Assembly: GCA_040905565.1 (NCBI GenBank)
Contig: JBBDRF010000063.1
Span: 29,747 to 93,746, forward strand
Direction of reading: 5' to 3'
Origin: Phycisphaeraceae bacterium
GTDB lineage: Bacteria; Planctomycetota; Phycisphaerae; Phycisphaerales; Zrk34
DNA: 64,000 bases
Below are positions 18,480 through 28,715 of the stretch, piece by piece (the stretch's first letter is position 1; each line of letters opens with the position of its first letter). Position numbers and translations under genes: made by a program. The notes below the pieces were generated by a model. The model was not told the DNA's origin and ran no database searches. It saw only the letters and a list, made by a program, of their open reading frames with translations.

Positions 18480-20671
18480 ACCTGCATCGCTTCATCGAAA
18501 ACGACATCATGCACGTGCAGTTCAACTGTGCCGACCGGCCGGTGAATACGATCAGCCCGAAGGTACTCGATGAACTGGACGACATTGTCAGCAAGCTTGA
18601 GCGTGGCGAGGAGAAACCCCGCAGCGTGATCTTCGAATCCGGCAAGGCCGGGACGTTCATCACCGGCGCTGACCTGTTCGCCATGCGTGAGATGGACGAT
18701 GCCGAGGTGGCAAGTTTCATCGAACGCGGGCAGCAACTGTTCCATCGCATCAGCTTGCTGCCGATGGCGCGGGTCGCCGCGATCAACGGGCAGTGCCTCG
18801 GCGGCGGACTTGAACTGGCGCTGGCCTGCACGCACCGCGTCGCAGCGGACGACGGATCGATCACGATCGGCTTGCCCGAGGTGAAGCTCGGCATCCTGCC
18901 CGGCTGGGGAGGATCAACGCGCCTGCCACGCTTGATCGGTCTCACGCGCTCCCTGCCGTTGCTGCTGACGGGTAAGACGCTGGCGCCTCGGAAGGCGCAA
19001 TCGCTCGGTGTGATCGACGAGGTCGTGCCGCCTGAAGCGCTGGGGCATGCCGCGGAACGTCTGGCTCTACAAAAGCGGCGGGACGGCAGCAAGATCTCTC
19101 AAACCGACCGTGCCATCGCCCGGTTCAATCCGCTCCGCAATGCAGCGATGAAGCGGGCGCGTGCCCAGACGCTTGCGACGACACACGGCAACTATCCCGC
19201 GCCTGAGGCCGTTCTCGACGTGGTCGAAATCGGCATGCGTGACGGCGTCGAGGCTGGGCTACGGGCGGAGCGTGAGGCCTTGCAGCGGCTGGTGAAGACC
19301 GATGCGTGTCGTAACCTCATGCGGCTGTTCTTCCTGCGGCAGGAGTCCAAACGTGCCGTGCGAGAGAAGCTCAAGGCTGAGCCGCGCGACGTGAAACGAG
19401 TCGCCGTGGTCGGCGGCGGCGTGATGGGCTCGGGCATCGTGCACGCGCTGGTAAGCGCCGACGTGGATGTCCGCCTCATCGAGATCGAAGCCAAGCAGAT
19501 GTCCGCGGCCCTGACCCGTGTGAAGAAGCAACTCGATGCGGATCTCAAGAGCAAACGCATCTCTCCCGTTCAGGCCAAGCGCGCGATGCATCGGGTGAGC
19601 CCGTCGCTGACTTTCACGGGCTTGGGTCGGGTGGACTTCGTCATCGAAGCGGTGCTCGAACGGCCTGCGGTGAAGCGCGATGTTTTTGATCTGCTCGACG
19701 GCATCGTTCGGCCGGACGCGGTGCTGGCCTCGAACACCAGCTCGCTGAACCTGACGGAACTGGCGGAGGCGACGGCTCATCCGGGGCGGGTGATGGGGAT
19801 GCACTTTTTCAACCCGGTGCCGAAGATGCCGTTGCTTGAGGTCGTGCGGACGCCGCTGAGTGACGACGCAGCCCTGGCGACGGGCGTGGCGCTCGGGCAG
19901 CGGATCGGCAAGACGCCGATTCTTGTCGACGACGGCCCGGGTTTCCTGGTCAACCGCGTGCTGATTCCGTACCTGGCCGAGGCGATCGTCCTGGCTTCGG
20001 AGGGCGCGCCGATCAATGAAGTTGATCGCGTGATGAAGCGGTGGGGCATGCCGATGGGCCCGTTCGAATTGCTCGATCAGGTCGGCCTCGATGTGAGCGT
20101 GGACATCTTCCGCTCGCTGGGTTCGAGGCTGGGCGATCACCTGCCGCAGGTGCCGAACTTTGAGCAGGTGGTCGACCAGGGCTGGCGCGGCCGCAAGAGT
20201 GGCGAAGGCTTTTACCGGTACGGCAGCCGGTGGTGGGGCGGTAAAGCGGAGCCGCGCGTGAACACGAAAATGCTCGCGCTGCTTGGGGCGAAGGGCAAGC
20301 AGGCGACGGTCGATGAACGCACACCCGCACGCCTGGTGCTGCCGATGGTGAACGAGGCCGCCCGGGTGCTGGAGGAAGGCGTGACCGATTCGACCGACAC
20401 GATCGACCTGGCCACGGTGCTGGGCCTGGGGTGGGCGCCATTCCGAGGCGGCTTGGCGCGATGGGCGGAAGCGGAAGGCCTCAGCAAGATCGTCAAGCAG
20501 ATGGATGACCTGACGAGTCGGCATGGTGAACGCTTCCGGGCCACGCGGCTGCTGCGGCAGGTGGCCGAGGCAGGCGAACCGCTGCAGGCGATTGTCGAGC
20601 ATCGGCCGGCACCAGTGCGGACCCACCAGACGCGCACGGATCGTCTGTCGCATCCCGTCCGTCACGATTGA
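18476..20671 (+). CDS. Multifunctional enoyl-CoA hydratase / 3-hydroxyacyl-CoA dehydrogenase (FadJ/FadB-like)
   Basis: GGGLELALAC, PEVKLGILPGWGG, GGGVMGSGI, ASNTSSL and HFFNPV; ATGA overlap with the thiolase. Confidence 0.95.
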   Translation: MNLHRFIENDIMHVQFNCADRPVNTISPKVLDELDDIVSKLERGEEKPRSVIFESGKAGTFITGADLFAMREMDDAEVASFIERGQQLFHRISLLPMARVAAINGQCLGGGLELALACTHRVAADDGSITIGLPEVKLGILPGWGGSTRLPRLIGLTRSLPLLLTGKTLAPRKAQSLGVIDEVVPPEALGHAAERLALQKRRDGSKISQTDRAIARFNPLRNAAMKRARAQTLATTHGNYPAPEAVLDVVEIGMRDGVEAGLRAEREALQRLVKTDACRNLMRLFFLRQESKRAVREKLKAEPRDVKRVAVVGGGVMGSGIVHALVSADVDVRLIEIEAKQMSAALTRVKKQLDADLKSKRISPVQAKRAMHRVSPSLTFTGLGRVDFVIEAVLERPAVKRDVFDLLDGIVRPDAVLASNTSSLNLTELAEATAHPGRVMGMHFFNPVPKMPLLEVVRTPLSDDAALATGVALGQRIGKTPILVDDGPGFLVNRVLIPYLAEAIVLASEGAPINEVDRVMKRWGMPMGPFELLDQVGLDVSVDIFRSLGSRLGDHLPQVPNFEQVVDQGWRGRKSGEGFYRYGSRWWGGKAEPRVNTKMLALLGAKGKQATVDERTPARLVLPMVNEAARVLEEGVTDSTDTIDLATVLGLGWAPFRGGLARWAEAEGLSKIVKQMDDLTSRHGERFRATRLLRQVAEAGEPLQAIVEHRPAPVRTHQTRTDRLSHPVRHD

Positions 20672-20692
20672 ACAGAAGAAAGCGAGGTCTTG

Positions 20693-22492
20693 ATGGTCAC
20701 GCTCAGCAAACAAGATCAGCGCGAGATGGATAAGGCGAAAGATCTGCTCGAAACCGCCAGCGAGACGGGCTTCGTGCGCTCGCTGTTTTTCGGTCGACTC
20801 GATATGCAGAAGTTGCTGCCTTATCCGAAGCAGGATGCAGCCGAGGCAGCGCGCGTTGACGCGCTGCTTGAAGCGGTCGATGCGTTCATGGATGAACACG
20901 TGGATCCCGACCGCATTGATGCGGAGGAGCGCATCCCCGACGCCGTCATCCGTGGGCTGGGTGAACTCGGTGTGATGGGCCTGACCGTGCCGAGCGAATA
21001 CGGCGGCGGAGGGTTCAGCCATACCGCTTACTGTCAGGTGCTTGAACGCATCAGCAGACGCTGCGCCTCGACGGCGGTGCTGGTCGGCGCGCACCAATCC
21101 ATCGGGCTGAAGGCGTTGGTGTTGATGGGCAGCGAGGAGCAGAAGCGCCGCTGGCTGCCGGAGCTGGCGGGCGGTCGCACGCTTGCGGCTTTCTGTTTGA
21201 GTGAACCCGAGGTCGGGTCCGATGCAGCCGGCGTGCAGACGCGCGCCACGCTCAGCGAAGACGGCTCGCATTGGATCATCAACGGCGAGAAACGCTATGC
21301 CACCAATGCCGCGCTGGCGGGGTTCCTCACGGTGATGGCGCGGACGCAGATTGAGGAAAACGGCGAGAAGAAGGATAAGGTGACCGCGTTCATCGTGACG
21401 CCGGACATGCCCGGCTTCGAGATCGTCAGCCCCAACCGCAGCAAGTGCGGCATCCGGGGGACGTGGCAGGGCACGCTGAAGTTCAACGACATGCGCGTGC
21501 CGCGTGAGAACGTGCTCGGCGGCGTGGGCAAGGGGCTCAAACTCGCACTCACCGTACTCAACTACGGCCGCTGCACGCTGAGCGCGGGGTGTCTGGGCGG
21601 CGCGAAGGTGGGGCTGGAACGGGCGGTCGAGCGGGCACGCAGCCGTCAGCAGTTCGGCAGGCCGATCGGCAAGTTTCACCTCATCAAACAGAAGATCGCG
21701 CAGATGGCGGAAACGGTCTACGCCATGGACGCCCTGACATATCTCGCAGCAGGGTTGGTCGATCGCCACGAGGACGACCTGATGCTCGAAACGGCGACGT
21801 GCAAACTGTTCGCGTCGGAGATGGCGTGGCAGGTGGCCGACGACGCGGTGCAGATATGGGGCGGCGAAGGGTACATGCGCGAGCACGGCCTGGAGCGGAT
21901 GCTGCGCGATGCGCGGATCAATCGCATTGTCGAAGGCACGAGCGAAGTCATGACGGCCTTCATCGCGCTCATGGGCATGAAGGGGGTTGGCGAGGAGTTC
22001 GAAGCGATCCTGCAAGCGGCAAAAAATCCGATCGGCAACTTCGGACGTATCGCGGATTTCGCCCGGCATGAGTGGCGTGACGTGATCGTCGGGCACGCTG
22101 GCAACGGCGCGACGCGCATGTTGCATCCGAAGCTGGCGGAGGAAGGGCGGCTGCTGGCGAAGCTGACACGCCAATTGGCCCGCGATGTGAGTCGTCTCCT
22201 CGCCCGGCATCGCACGGACATCATCGAGCAGCAGATGTTGCTCGGCCGTGTGACCTGGGCCGTGACCGAGATGTACGCCATGGCTGCTGTGCTGGCGAAG
22301 CTTCAGGCGAAACTTGAGGCGGCCGATGCCGATGGCCGGGGCACGGCTGAGGAACTTCAGCGAGAACTTACGATCGGGCGCGGCTATTGCCAGCATGCCC
22401 ATCAGCGCATCGAGCAGCGGCTTGCGTCGCTTTCGCGCAACGGCGATGAGGCGACGCAGAAGGTTGCCGACGCGGTGCTCGGGCCGCTTTGA
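20693..22492 (+). CDS. Acyl-CoA dehydrogenase (VLCAD/ACAD9-like)
   Basis: FCLSEPEVGSDA, NGEKRYATN, RQQFGRPIG, GGEGYM and RIVEGTSE motifs. Confidence 0.95.
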   Translation: MVTLSKQDQREMDKAKDLLETASETGFVRSLFFGRLDMQKLLPYPKQDAAEAARVDALLEAVDAFMDEHVDPDRIDAEERIPDAVIRGLGELGVMGLTVPSEYGGGGFSHTAYCQVLERISRRCASTAVLVGAHQSIGLKALVLMGSEEQKRRWLPELAGGRTLAAFCLSEPEVGSDAAGVQTRATLSEDGSHWIINGEKRYATNAALAGFLTVMARTQIEENGEKKDKVTAFIVTPDMPGFEIVSPNRSKCGIRGTWQGTLKFNDMRVPRENVLGGVGKGLKLALTVLNYGRCTLSAGCLGGAKVGLERAVERARSRQQFGRPIGKFHLIKQKIAQMAETVYAMDALTYLAAGLVDRHEDDLMLETATCKLFASEMAWQVADDAVQIWGGEGYMREHGLERMLRDARINRIVEGTSEVMTAFIALMGMKGVGEEFEAILQAAKNPIGNFGRIADFARHEWRDVIVGHAGNGATRMLHPKLAEEGRLLAKLTRQLARDVSRLLARHRTDIIEQQMLLGRVTWAVTEMYAMAAVLAKLQAKLEAADADGRGTAEELQRELTIGRGYCQHAHQRIEQRLASLSRNGDEATQKVADAVLGPL

Positions 22493-22572
22493 GGTGTAAG
22501 CGAGGCGACGGCTGGAGAAAATAAACTTCGGCTGCGGTGGATTCGTGGGGGTAAAGCGGGCAGGATGCTTGC

Positions 22573-23976
22573 ATGAGCAGCGAAGTGTTCGAAAGATCGG
22601 TGGAGCTTCCGGTGTCGGCTGAGCAGGCTTTTGCCTGGCATGAGCGGGAGGGGGCGTTGCCGCGTCTGACGCCGCCATGGGAGCAGATTGAGCTGGAGAA
22701 ACGTGAGGGCACGATTAGCGATGGCGATCGCACCACGCTGCGGATGCGCGTGGGCCCGACATGGCAGCGGTGGGTGGCGGAGCATCGGGATTATCAGCCG
22801 GGCCGTTGCTTTCGCGATGTGCAGATCAGCGGGCCGTTCACCAAGTGGGAGCATGAGCATCGTTTTGAGCCGATCGATGCGCAGCGCTGCCGCATGATCG
22901 ATCGCATCGAGTACGTGGCCCCGGGCGGCCGAATCGGGCAATGGCTCGGTCACGGCGCGATCGCGAGGAAGCTGGCGAAGACCTTCGCGTGGCGGCATCG
23001 CACGCTGGCTAACGATCTTCATCAGCAGAAGCGCTACGCCGACCGTTCGCCGCTGACCGTTGCGATGACGGGCGCAAGCGGGTTGGTCGGATCAGCGATG
23101 ACGACGCTGCTTACGACGGCGGGGCACCGGGTGCGGCCGATGGTCCGGCGTGCGACGGATGATCCTCAAGCGATTGTGTGGAACACGCGAGAGGGGGTGG
23201 TCGATCCGCAGCAGATGGCCGACGTGGATGCGGTGATTCACCTGGCTGGCGAGAGCTTGATGGGACGGTGGACGGCGAAGAAGAAGCAGGCGATTCGTGA
23301 CAGCCGCGTGGCCGGGACGCAGGCGCTGGTGCGATCCTTGGAGCGGGCGGAACCGCGGCCGCGGACGCTGCTTTCGACCTCGGCACTCGGCTTCTACGGC
23401 GACCGTGGCGATGAGCCGATGGACGAATCTAAGGGCCCCGGCGAAGGCTTCCTCGTGGAGGTGGCGCAGGGGTGGGAAGCGGCGGCGATGCAGGCGGAAA
23501 CGCTGGGGTTGCGGGTGGCGCTCATGCGGCTGGGCGTGGTGCTGACGCCGCGCGGTGCGGCCCTGAAGACGATGCTGACGCCGTTCAGAATGGGCGGCGG
23601 AGGCGTGATTGGCTCAGGCGATCAGGTGATGAGTTGGGTGAGCCTCGACGACGTGCTCGGCGCGTTCTACCACGCGTTGATGCAGGACGACGTGGCTGGG
23701 CCCGTGAATGTGAACGCGCCGAACACGGTGACGAATCGTGTCTTCACAAAGACGCTAGGCAACGTGATCCATCGGCCGACGTTCATCCCCGTCCCCGCGG
23801 CGATGATCCGTACCATGATGGGGGAGATGGGGCAGGAGATGCTGCTTTCCAGCACGAACATGCAGCCGACGCGACTGACGCAGACGGGGTACGACTTTCG
23901 TGATCCGCAACTTGAGCCGGCGCTGCGATGGATGCTCGGCCGCGGCATCCCGCCTCGTGGTGAACGCGAAGGCTGA
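22573..23976 (+). CDS. SRPBCC domain fused to a TIGR01777-type NAD-dependent epimerase
   Basis: N-terminal WH.R.GALPRLTPPW / GPF..W.HEHRF segment; TGASGLVG; IHLAGE; GSGDQVMSWVSLDD. Confidence 0.88.
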   Translation: MSSEVFERSVELPVSAEQAFAWHEREGALPRLTPPWEQIELEKREGTISDGDRTTLRMRVGPTWQRWVAEHRDYQPGRCFRDVQISGPFTKWEHEHRFEPIDAQRCRMIDRIEYVAPGGRIGQWLGHGAIARKLAKTFAWRHRTLANDLHQQKRYADRSPLTVAMTGASGLVGSAMTTLLTTAGHRVRPMVRRATDDPQAIVWNTREGVVDPQQMADVDAVIHLAGESLMGRWTAKKKQAIRDSRVAGTQALVRSLERAEPRPRTLLSTSALGFYGDRGDEPMDESKGPGEGFLVEVAQGWEAAAMQAETLGLRVALMRLGVVLTPRGAALKTMLTPFRMGGGGVIGSGDQVMSWVSLDDVLGAFYHALMQDDVAGPVNVNAPNTVTNRVFTKTLGNVIHRPTFIPVPAAMIRTMMGEMGQEMLLSSTNMQPTRLTQTGYDFRDPQLEPALRWMLGRGIPPRGEREG

Positions 23977-23981
23977 GGCGG

Positions 23982-24671
23982 TTACGCCTGCCCATAGACG
24001 GGGACGAGGGCGCCGCTGGTGAGTTGATTGGCCGGGCTGACGAGGAAGGCGATAATCTCGGCGATGTCGTCGGGCTTGGGCCAGGTGGCGTGGTCGGCGT
24101 CGGGCATGGCTTTGCGGTTGGCGGGGGTGTCGATCACCGAGGGCAGCACGGCATTGACCAGAATGCGCCGACGCTTGAGTTCCTGCGCCAATGTCTGCGT
24201 CATTGAAGCGACCGCCGACTTGGCTGCGGCGTAGGCGGTGAGTTGTGCCGCCGGCTGCACGACCGGACGGGCTGCGACGTTCACGATGCGACCCGCGCCC
24301 TGCATCTGTCGAGCGGCCTCGCGGCAGCAGAGGAAGCAGGTAACGGCATTCGCGTCGAACATCTCGCGGAATTCCTGCAACGTCGTCCGGCCGATGCTGT
24401 TCATGGCAAAGCCGCCGGCAACCTGCACCGAAGCCCACAGGTCTTCGACCTCCGCGTAGAGCTCACGCACCGCATCTTCGTCGGTGCAGTCGACATGATG
24501 CATCCGCACACGGTGATGGGCGCGCAGATCGAACGTTTCAAGATCGTCCTCACGCCGCCAGGTCACATGGCAGTGAGCGCCGGCGTCGACCAGCCTCTGA
24601 ACGACGGCGGACCCGAGCGCGCCGGTGCCGCCGGTCACGACGATGCTGCGATCGCTGAACGGCTTGTCCAT
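23982..24671 (-). CDS. Short-chain dehydrogenase/reductase
   Basis: VTGGTGALG; YAAAK; NAVLPSVIDTPANR. Confidence 0.92.
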   Translation of the reverse strand: MDKPFSDRSIVVTGGTGALGSAVVQRLVDAGAHCHVTWRREDDLETFDLRAHHRVRMHHVDCTDEDAVRELYAEVEDLWASVQVAGGFAMNSIGRTTLQEFREMFDANAVTCFLCCREAARQMQGAGRIVNVAARPVVQPAAQLTAYAAAKSAVASMTQTLAQELKRRRILVNAVLPSVIDTPANRKAMPDADHATWPKPDDIAEIIAFLVSPANQLTSGALVPVYGQA

Positions 24672-24721
24672 GATCGGAACCTCCGTAACAAGGTCACGTG
24701 CTCAACACGCTCGCGGAGCGT

Positions 24722-25342
24722 TTACGAGCCGAGCTTCACCGTCGGTGCTACCTGCTTGAGCACAGGAATGGTCGCGTCAACGGCTTCGGTCTGCCCGCTG
24801 ATGCGGAAGAACCAGGTCTGATCCTCAGCGGTATCGGGCAAAACGATGGCGACAATCTTGCGGTTGTCGCTGCCCTCGATCTCAGCCAGCAGAGCGTTAT
24901 GACCGTCGATCTCCATCTCGGTGAGGAGTTCGCCGAGGGCCTCTTCACTCTGGACGGGGGGCGCGCCGACCTGCTGGCACCAGCGGTTGACGTTGGCGAG
25001 GACGCCGCCGACGTCGCCGGGGAACCGCGTCACGGCAATCTCGGTTGCGTCGGAGGTCTCACTTCCGTCGACGATGGTGGCGAAGCGCATGCCGCTGCCG
25101 TCTTCCGTGGTCCAGGGTTCGGGCGTGCTCCACGCAATGCCGTCGCCTTCCCAAGGCACCATTTCCACATCGGCCTCAGGTTCCGCCTCAGCAGCCGTGT
25201 CGGGTTCCGCTGCGGCCAGCGCGACGTCTGCGTCAGCATCTTCGTCGACGTTGCGTACTTGCGTCTCGGTCTCACCGCATGCGGTGGTGAACAGCAGTGC
25301 AGCCGTGCAAAGGGCGAAAAACATCAAGCGGTCGTAGGACAT
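24722..25342 (-). CDS. Lipoprotein of unknown function
   Basis: Lipobox TTAC; acidic linker; GGVLANVNRW segment; co-oriented with neighbours. Confidence 0.75.
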   Translation of the reverse strand: MSYDRLMFFALCTAALLFTTACGETETQVRNVDEDADADVALAAAEPDTAAEAEPEADVEMVPWEGDGIAWSTPEPWTTEDGSGMRFATIVDGSETSDATEIAVTRFPGDVGGVLANVNRWCQQVGAPPVQSEEALGELLTEMEIDGHNALLAEIEGSDNRKIVAIVLPDTAEDQTWFFRISGQTEAVDATIPVLKQVAPTVKLGS

Positions 25343-25443
25343 ATCGGCTTCCTTCAAAGCGGAACATTGTGATCATTCGTGGTGTGACAGTTGAACATAA
25401 CGCGCCGTCGGCGTCGAATCGAGCGACGGTGGCGCGCGAAGCT

Positions 25444-25932
25444 TCAGGCGGGACGTACTTTGATTTCCATGCCCTGGATGCGGGTGACTTTCACGCGTGT
25501 GCCTGCGAGGATGACGCCGCCTTCGGAGAAGCATTCGATGCGTTTGCCGTCGATGCGCACCGAGCCGACGGGCCGCAGGTCCGTCTCCGCCAGCCCCTCA
25601 AGGCCGACCAGTTCCGAGCCGGATCGGGAAACATTGCGATCATAGGTGATGCTGCCCGCCCGCTGTGAGGTGCTGAGCATGGTCGCTCGGCCGGCGGGCG
25701 TGTGCGGAAAGACCTTGATCGCCCCGGCGGCGAGAATCGGAAGTACGACCAGCGTCATCACCACGCCCGTCAGGCCGGCTGTCACGTCGATCAGAAACAG
25801 GCACACCAGTCCACCGACCAGGCTGACGGCGGCGAAGGCGGCGATGAGCCCGCCGCTGGGAATGAACAACTCCGCGAGCAGCAGCAGCAGGGCGAGAAGG
25901 ATCAGGATCGTGGCCCAGATGGCGAGGGTCAT
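25444..25932 (-). CDS. Short NfeD-like protein (TM helices plus OB-fold)
   Basis: AELFIPSGG; G.AETDLRPVGSVRIDGKR C-terminal motif. Confidence 0.88.
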   Translation of the reverse strand: MTLAIWATILILLALLLLLAELFIPSGGLIAAFAAVSLVGGLVCLFLIDVTAGLTGVVMTLVVLPILAAGAIKVFPHTPAGRATMLSTSQRAGSITYDRNVSRSGSELVGLEGLAETDLRPVGSVRIDGKRIECFSEGGVILAGTRVKVTRIQGMEIKVRPA

Positions 25933-25941
25933 ACGCAGTTC

Positions 25942-27702
25942 TCAAGCTTCTTCGACGACGATGCGGTTTCCACGAATCTCCACGATCCGCACGTTCTGCC
26001 CGACCTCCACCCAACGGCCCCCCGTCACCACGTCGACAATCTGCCCGTCGATCTCCACCCGTCCCGCAGGCCTGAGGCCTGTCAACGCCCGGCCGATCAC
26101 ACCTTCCCGCACCGCCTGACCGGGGGGCGGGGCAGCGGCGGCTGTCTCCTCGGGCATGTCGGTCGCCGCGCCCCGCGCGTAGGTCTGCGATTCGGCGCGC
26201 GCCGAGGCGGGGGGGACGGAAGTGGTGGGGGAGGTTGTTGGCGCGTCGACGGTGCCCTCAAGCACCAGACGGCGGAAGAAGGGGACACGCTCGATGTTTC
26301 GCGAGATGAAGTAGCCAGCAATGCCCGTCACGATGATCGCGATGAGCAGGACACTGACGCCTTGCCGCAGCCCGTCCCAGGTGGCGTCGAGCGCGGGCAG
26401 CCAGCCGGGCTCGGGATCAGGCGGGACGAAGGTCATCAGGAAACCGGTGAGCACCATCAGCACGCCGAGTATTCCCGCCACGCCGATGCCGGGTATCAGG
26501 AACAGTTCGACGGCGATGAGGATCAGTCCGCCTGCGATGATCAGCACCGCGGTCATGTCGGCGAGGCCGGCGATGAAGGGGCCGCCGACCATCAGCAGCA
26601 GGGCCACAACCGCCACGGCACCGGGCAGGCCAAGGCCGGGCGATTGCAGTTCCATGTACCCGCCGAGCAACAGCAGGATCAGCAGGATGGCGCGGACGCC
26701 GGGCGAGACCAGCAGGTTCGCCAGGTCCTCACTCCACGACATCTCCAGGCGGACGAAGGTTTCCGCTGTCGCGCCCGTGAGCGCCATCAGGGCGCTGTCG
26801 TCGGCAATGATCTGGCTGGCGAAGCCGTAGGCGATGGCTTCATCCTGGCTGAGCGTCACGAGGGTGTTGGCGGGGTTGACCAACTGAACGATGCGCCAGT
26901 CGCCTTCGACTTCCGCTTGAAGAGTCTGGTTCGCTTCGGGCTGAGATGTTTCGGCTTCGGGATCGGCTTCCACGGCGGCATCATCGACCTGCATCGTCAG
27001 CGACCCGAACGGAGTGGGCTGCTGATCCTGCTGGGGCTGCGGTGGGGCTGGCGCGGGAGGCGGGGTGTAATCGCCGCGTGGCGACTCGAGGCCGTAGATG
27101 GGCAACTCGGTGGAGTAGACGTATTCGATGTCGCCGGTGTCGACGTTTTCGATCTGGTAGATCGCGGGGCCGAGGCGGACCATGCCTTCGGTGAGGATGA
27201 CGGGGTAGCCGTTACGCAAGGCGGAGTCGCGGAACTCTTCGAGAATCGGCGATTCTTGCTTCGCCCGCTCGGTTCCCTCGAGCTGTTGGCCGGGCATGAT
27301 CGGAGCGGCGTCGCCGATGCGCGAACGTTCGGCCATGACGATGCCGTCGGCGGCGACGGAGATGATCGCGCCGGCGGAGATGGCCTTGTCGTTGACCCAT
27401 GCGAGGGTTTCGGTGCGGACGTTTTTGATGAACGTGCTGATTTCGAGCGCGCTGGTGACCAGGCCGCCGTACGTGTCGATCTCGTAGACGATCAGGTCAG
27501 CCCCGGCTTCCTCCGCCATCTCGGTCCGCCGCTGCATGCTCATCAGCATCACGTCGGAGATAAGCCCCTCGACGGGGATGACGTAGACGAGGCGGCCGTC
27601 AGTGGGCTCCGCCGTTTCGTTCGTCGGTTGCACGTTGCCGATGGCGAATGAAACGCCGAGCAACAGTGCCACCAACCCGAGATAAAGATGTCGCAAACGC
27701 AT
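25942..27702 (-). CDS. Long NfeD-family membrane-bound serine protease (ClpP-like)
   Basis: Signal peptide; IDTYGG and AISAGA; ELQSPGLG and ELFLIPGIG; LRPAGRVEIDG. Confidence 0.9.
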   Translation of the reverse strand: MRLRHLYLGLVALLLGVSFAIGNVQPTNETAEPTDGRLVYVIPVEGLISDVMLMSMQRRTEMAEEAGADLIVYEIDTYGGLVTSALEISTFIKNVRTETLAWVNDKAISAGAIISVAADGIVMAERSRIGDAAPIMPGQQLEGTERAKQESPILEEFRDSALRNGYPVILTEGMVRLGPAIYQIENVDTGDIEYVYSTELPIYGLESPRGDYTPPPAPAPPQPQQDQQPTPFGSLTMQVDDAAVEADPEAETSQPEANQTLQAEVEGDWRIVQLVNPANTLVTLSQDEAIAYGFASQIIADDSALMALTGATAETFVRLEMSWSEDLANLLVSPGVRAILLILLLLGGYMELQSPGLGLPGAVAVVALLLMVGGPFIAGLADMTAVLIIAGGLILIAVELFLIPGIGVAGILGVLMVLTGFLMTFVPPDPEPGWLPALDATWDGLRQGVSVLLIAIIVTGIAGYFISRNIERVPFFRRLVLEGTVDAPTTSPTTSVPPASARAESQTYARGAATDMPEETAAAAPPPGQAVREGVIGRALTGLRPAGRVEIDGQIVDVVTGGRWVEVGQNVRIVEIRGNRIVVEEA

Positions 27703-27782
27703 GGTGATCCATTATACCCCCGTCGCACCGCTGTGCCGGGGATGCGACGTCGACCGGGCAACAGCGGCGACTCCGATCGTGC

Positions 27783-28685
27783 TCACTCGCTTGAATCGCG
27801 CCAGAGCCAGCGGAGTGAATCGGGAAGGATAACGCCGCCGTGCTTGCCGTTATGGCCACCTTCGCCGCCGACGAATTTGTAGTCGTAGTCGGCGAACGCC
27901 AGGGCCGCTTCCATCTGCAGGTTGCCCAGCCACCAGTTGCCGTGCTGGTTGTCCAGATCGTTTGAGCCGTCCTGAAGGAAGACGCGGATGGGGCGCTTTT
28001 CGGCTTTGCGGATGAGGGCGGGGTAGTTATGGCCGCCACGGATGTTGGTGAACGAGCCGACGTGGCTGAGCACCTTGCCGAACGCGTCGGGCCGTTCCCA
28101 CGCGACGGTGAAGGCGCAGATACCGCCTGAACTGATGCCGCCGATCGCCCGCATTTCAGGATCCTCGCTGAGGCGGTACGTCTCGGTCACCTCGGGCAGA
28201 AGCTCATCGATCAGGAAGGTGGCGTAGTCGGCGGAGAGCGTGTCGTATTCGACGCTGCGATTGTTCGGCTGAGCAGCCCAGCCACGTTTTTCGGGCAGTT
28301 CGTCGCCACGCTGGCCGGGGTTGATGAAGACCGCGATGGTGACGGGCATTTCGCCTGCGTGGATAAGGTTGTCCAGCACGATGGGCGTCCGGAAATCCCC
28401 GGTCTCACTGACGTAGGCGTGGCCGTCCTGAAAGACCATCAGTGCTGCGGGCTCGGAGCCGTCGTACTGATCGGGCACGTAAACCCAGTACCGCCGGATG
28501 GTGCCGCCCCACGCATCGCTGCTGTGGAAGACGTGTTCAGTGATGGTGCCGCGGGGGACGTTTTCGTGACGCTGCGAATCAATGCCGAACTCATACGAGG
28601 GTTCCTCAGCTTCGGCCAACCCTGCAAATCCGATGAAAACACCCAGCACCACGGCGGCCAAGACACAACTTCGCATTCCACGCAT
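27783..28685 (-). CDS. Secreted esterase (enterochelin-esterase-like alpha/beta hydrolase)
   Basis: Signal peptide; VYVP, VFQDG and GISSGG (GxSxG); GGAG SD before 28685. Confidence 0.85.
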   Translation of the reverse strand: MRGMRSCVLAAVVLGVFIGFAGLAEAEEPSYEFGIDSQRHENVPRGTITEHVFHSSDAWGGTIRRYWVYVPDQYDGSEPAALMVFQDGHAYVSETGDFRTPIVLDNLIHAGEMPVTIAVFINPGQRGDELPEKRGWAAQPNNRSVEYDTLSADYATFLIDELLPEVTETYRLSEDPEMRAIGGISSGGICAFTVAWERPDAFGKVLSHVGSFTNIRGGHNYPALIRKAEKRPIRVFLQDGSNDLDNQHGNWWLGNLQMEAALAFADYDYKFVGGEGGHNGKHGGVILPDSLRWLWRDSSE

Positions 28686-28715
28686 CGTCACTCTCCAATG
28701 TTTGATCACTGCAGT

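Noticed and set aside
19259..22678. 1139-aa minus-strand ORF
   Set aside because: Antisense shadow of the FadJ-like and acyl-CoA dehydrogenase genes; no recognisable motifs; long antisense ORFs are expected at high GC.
25702..27651. 649-aa plus-strand ORF
   Set aside because: Lies opposite the well-supported NfeD genes; shadow frame.
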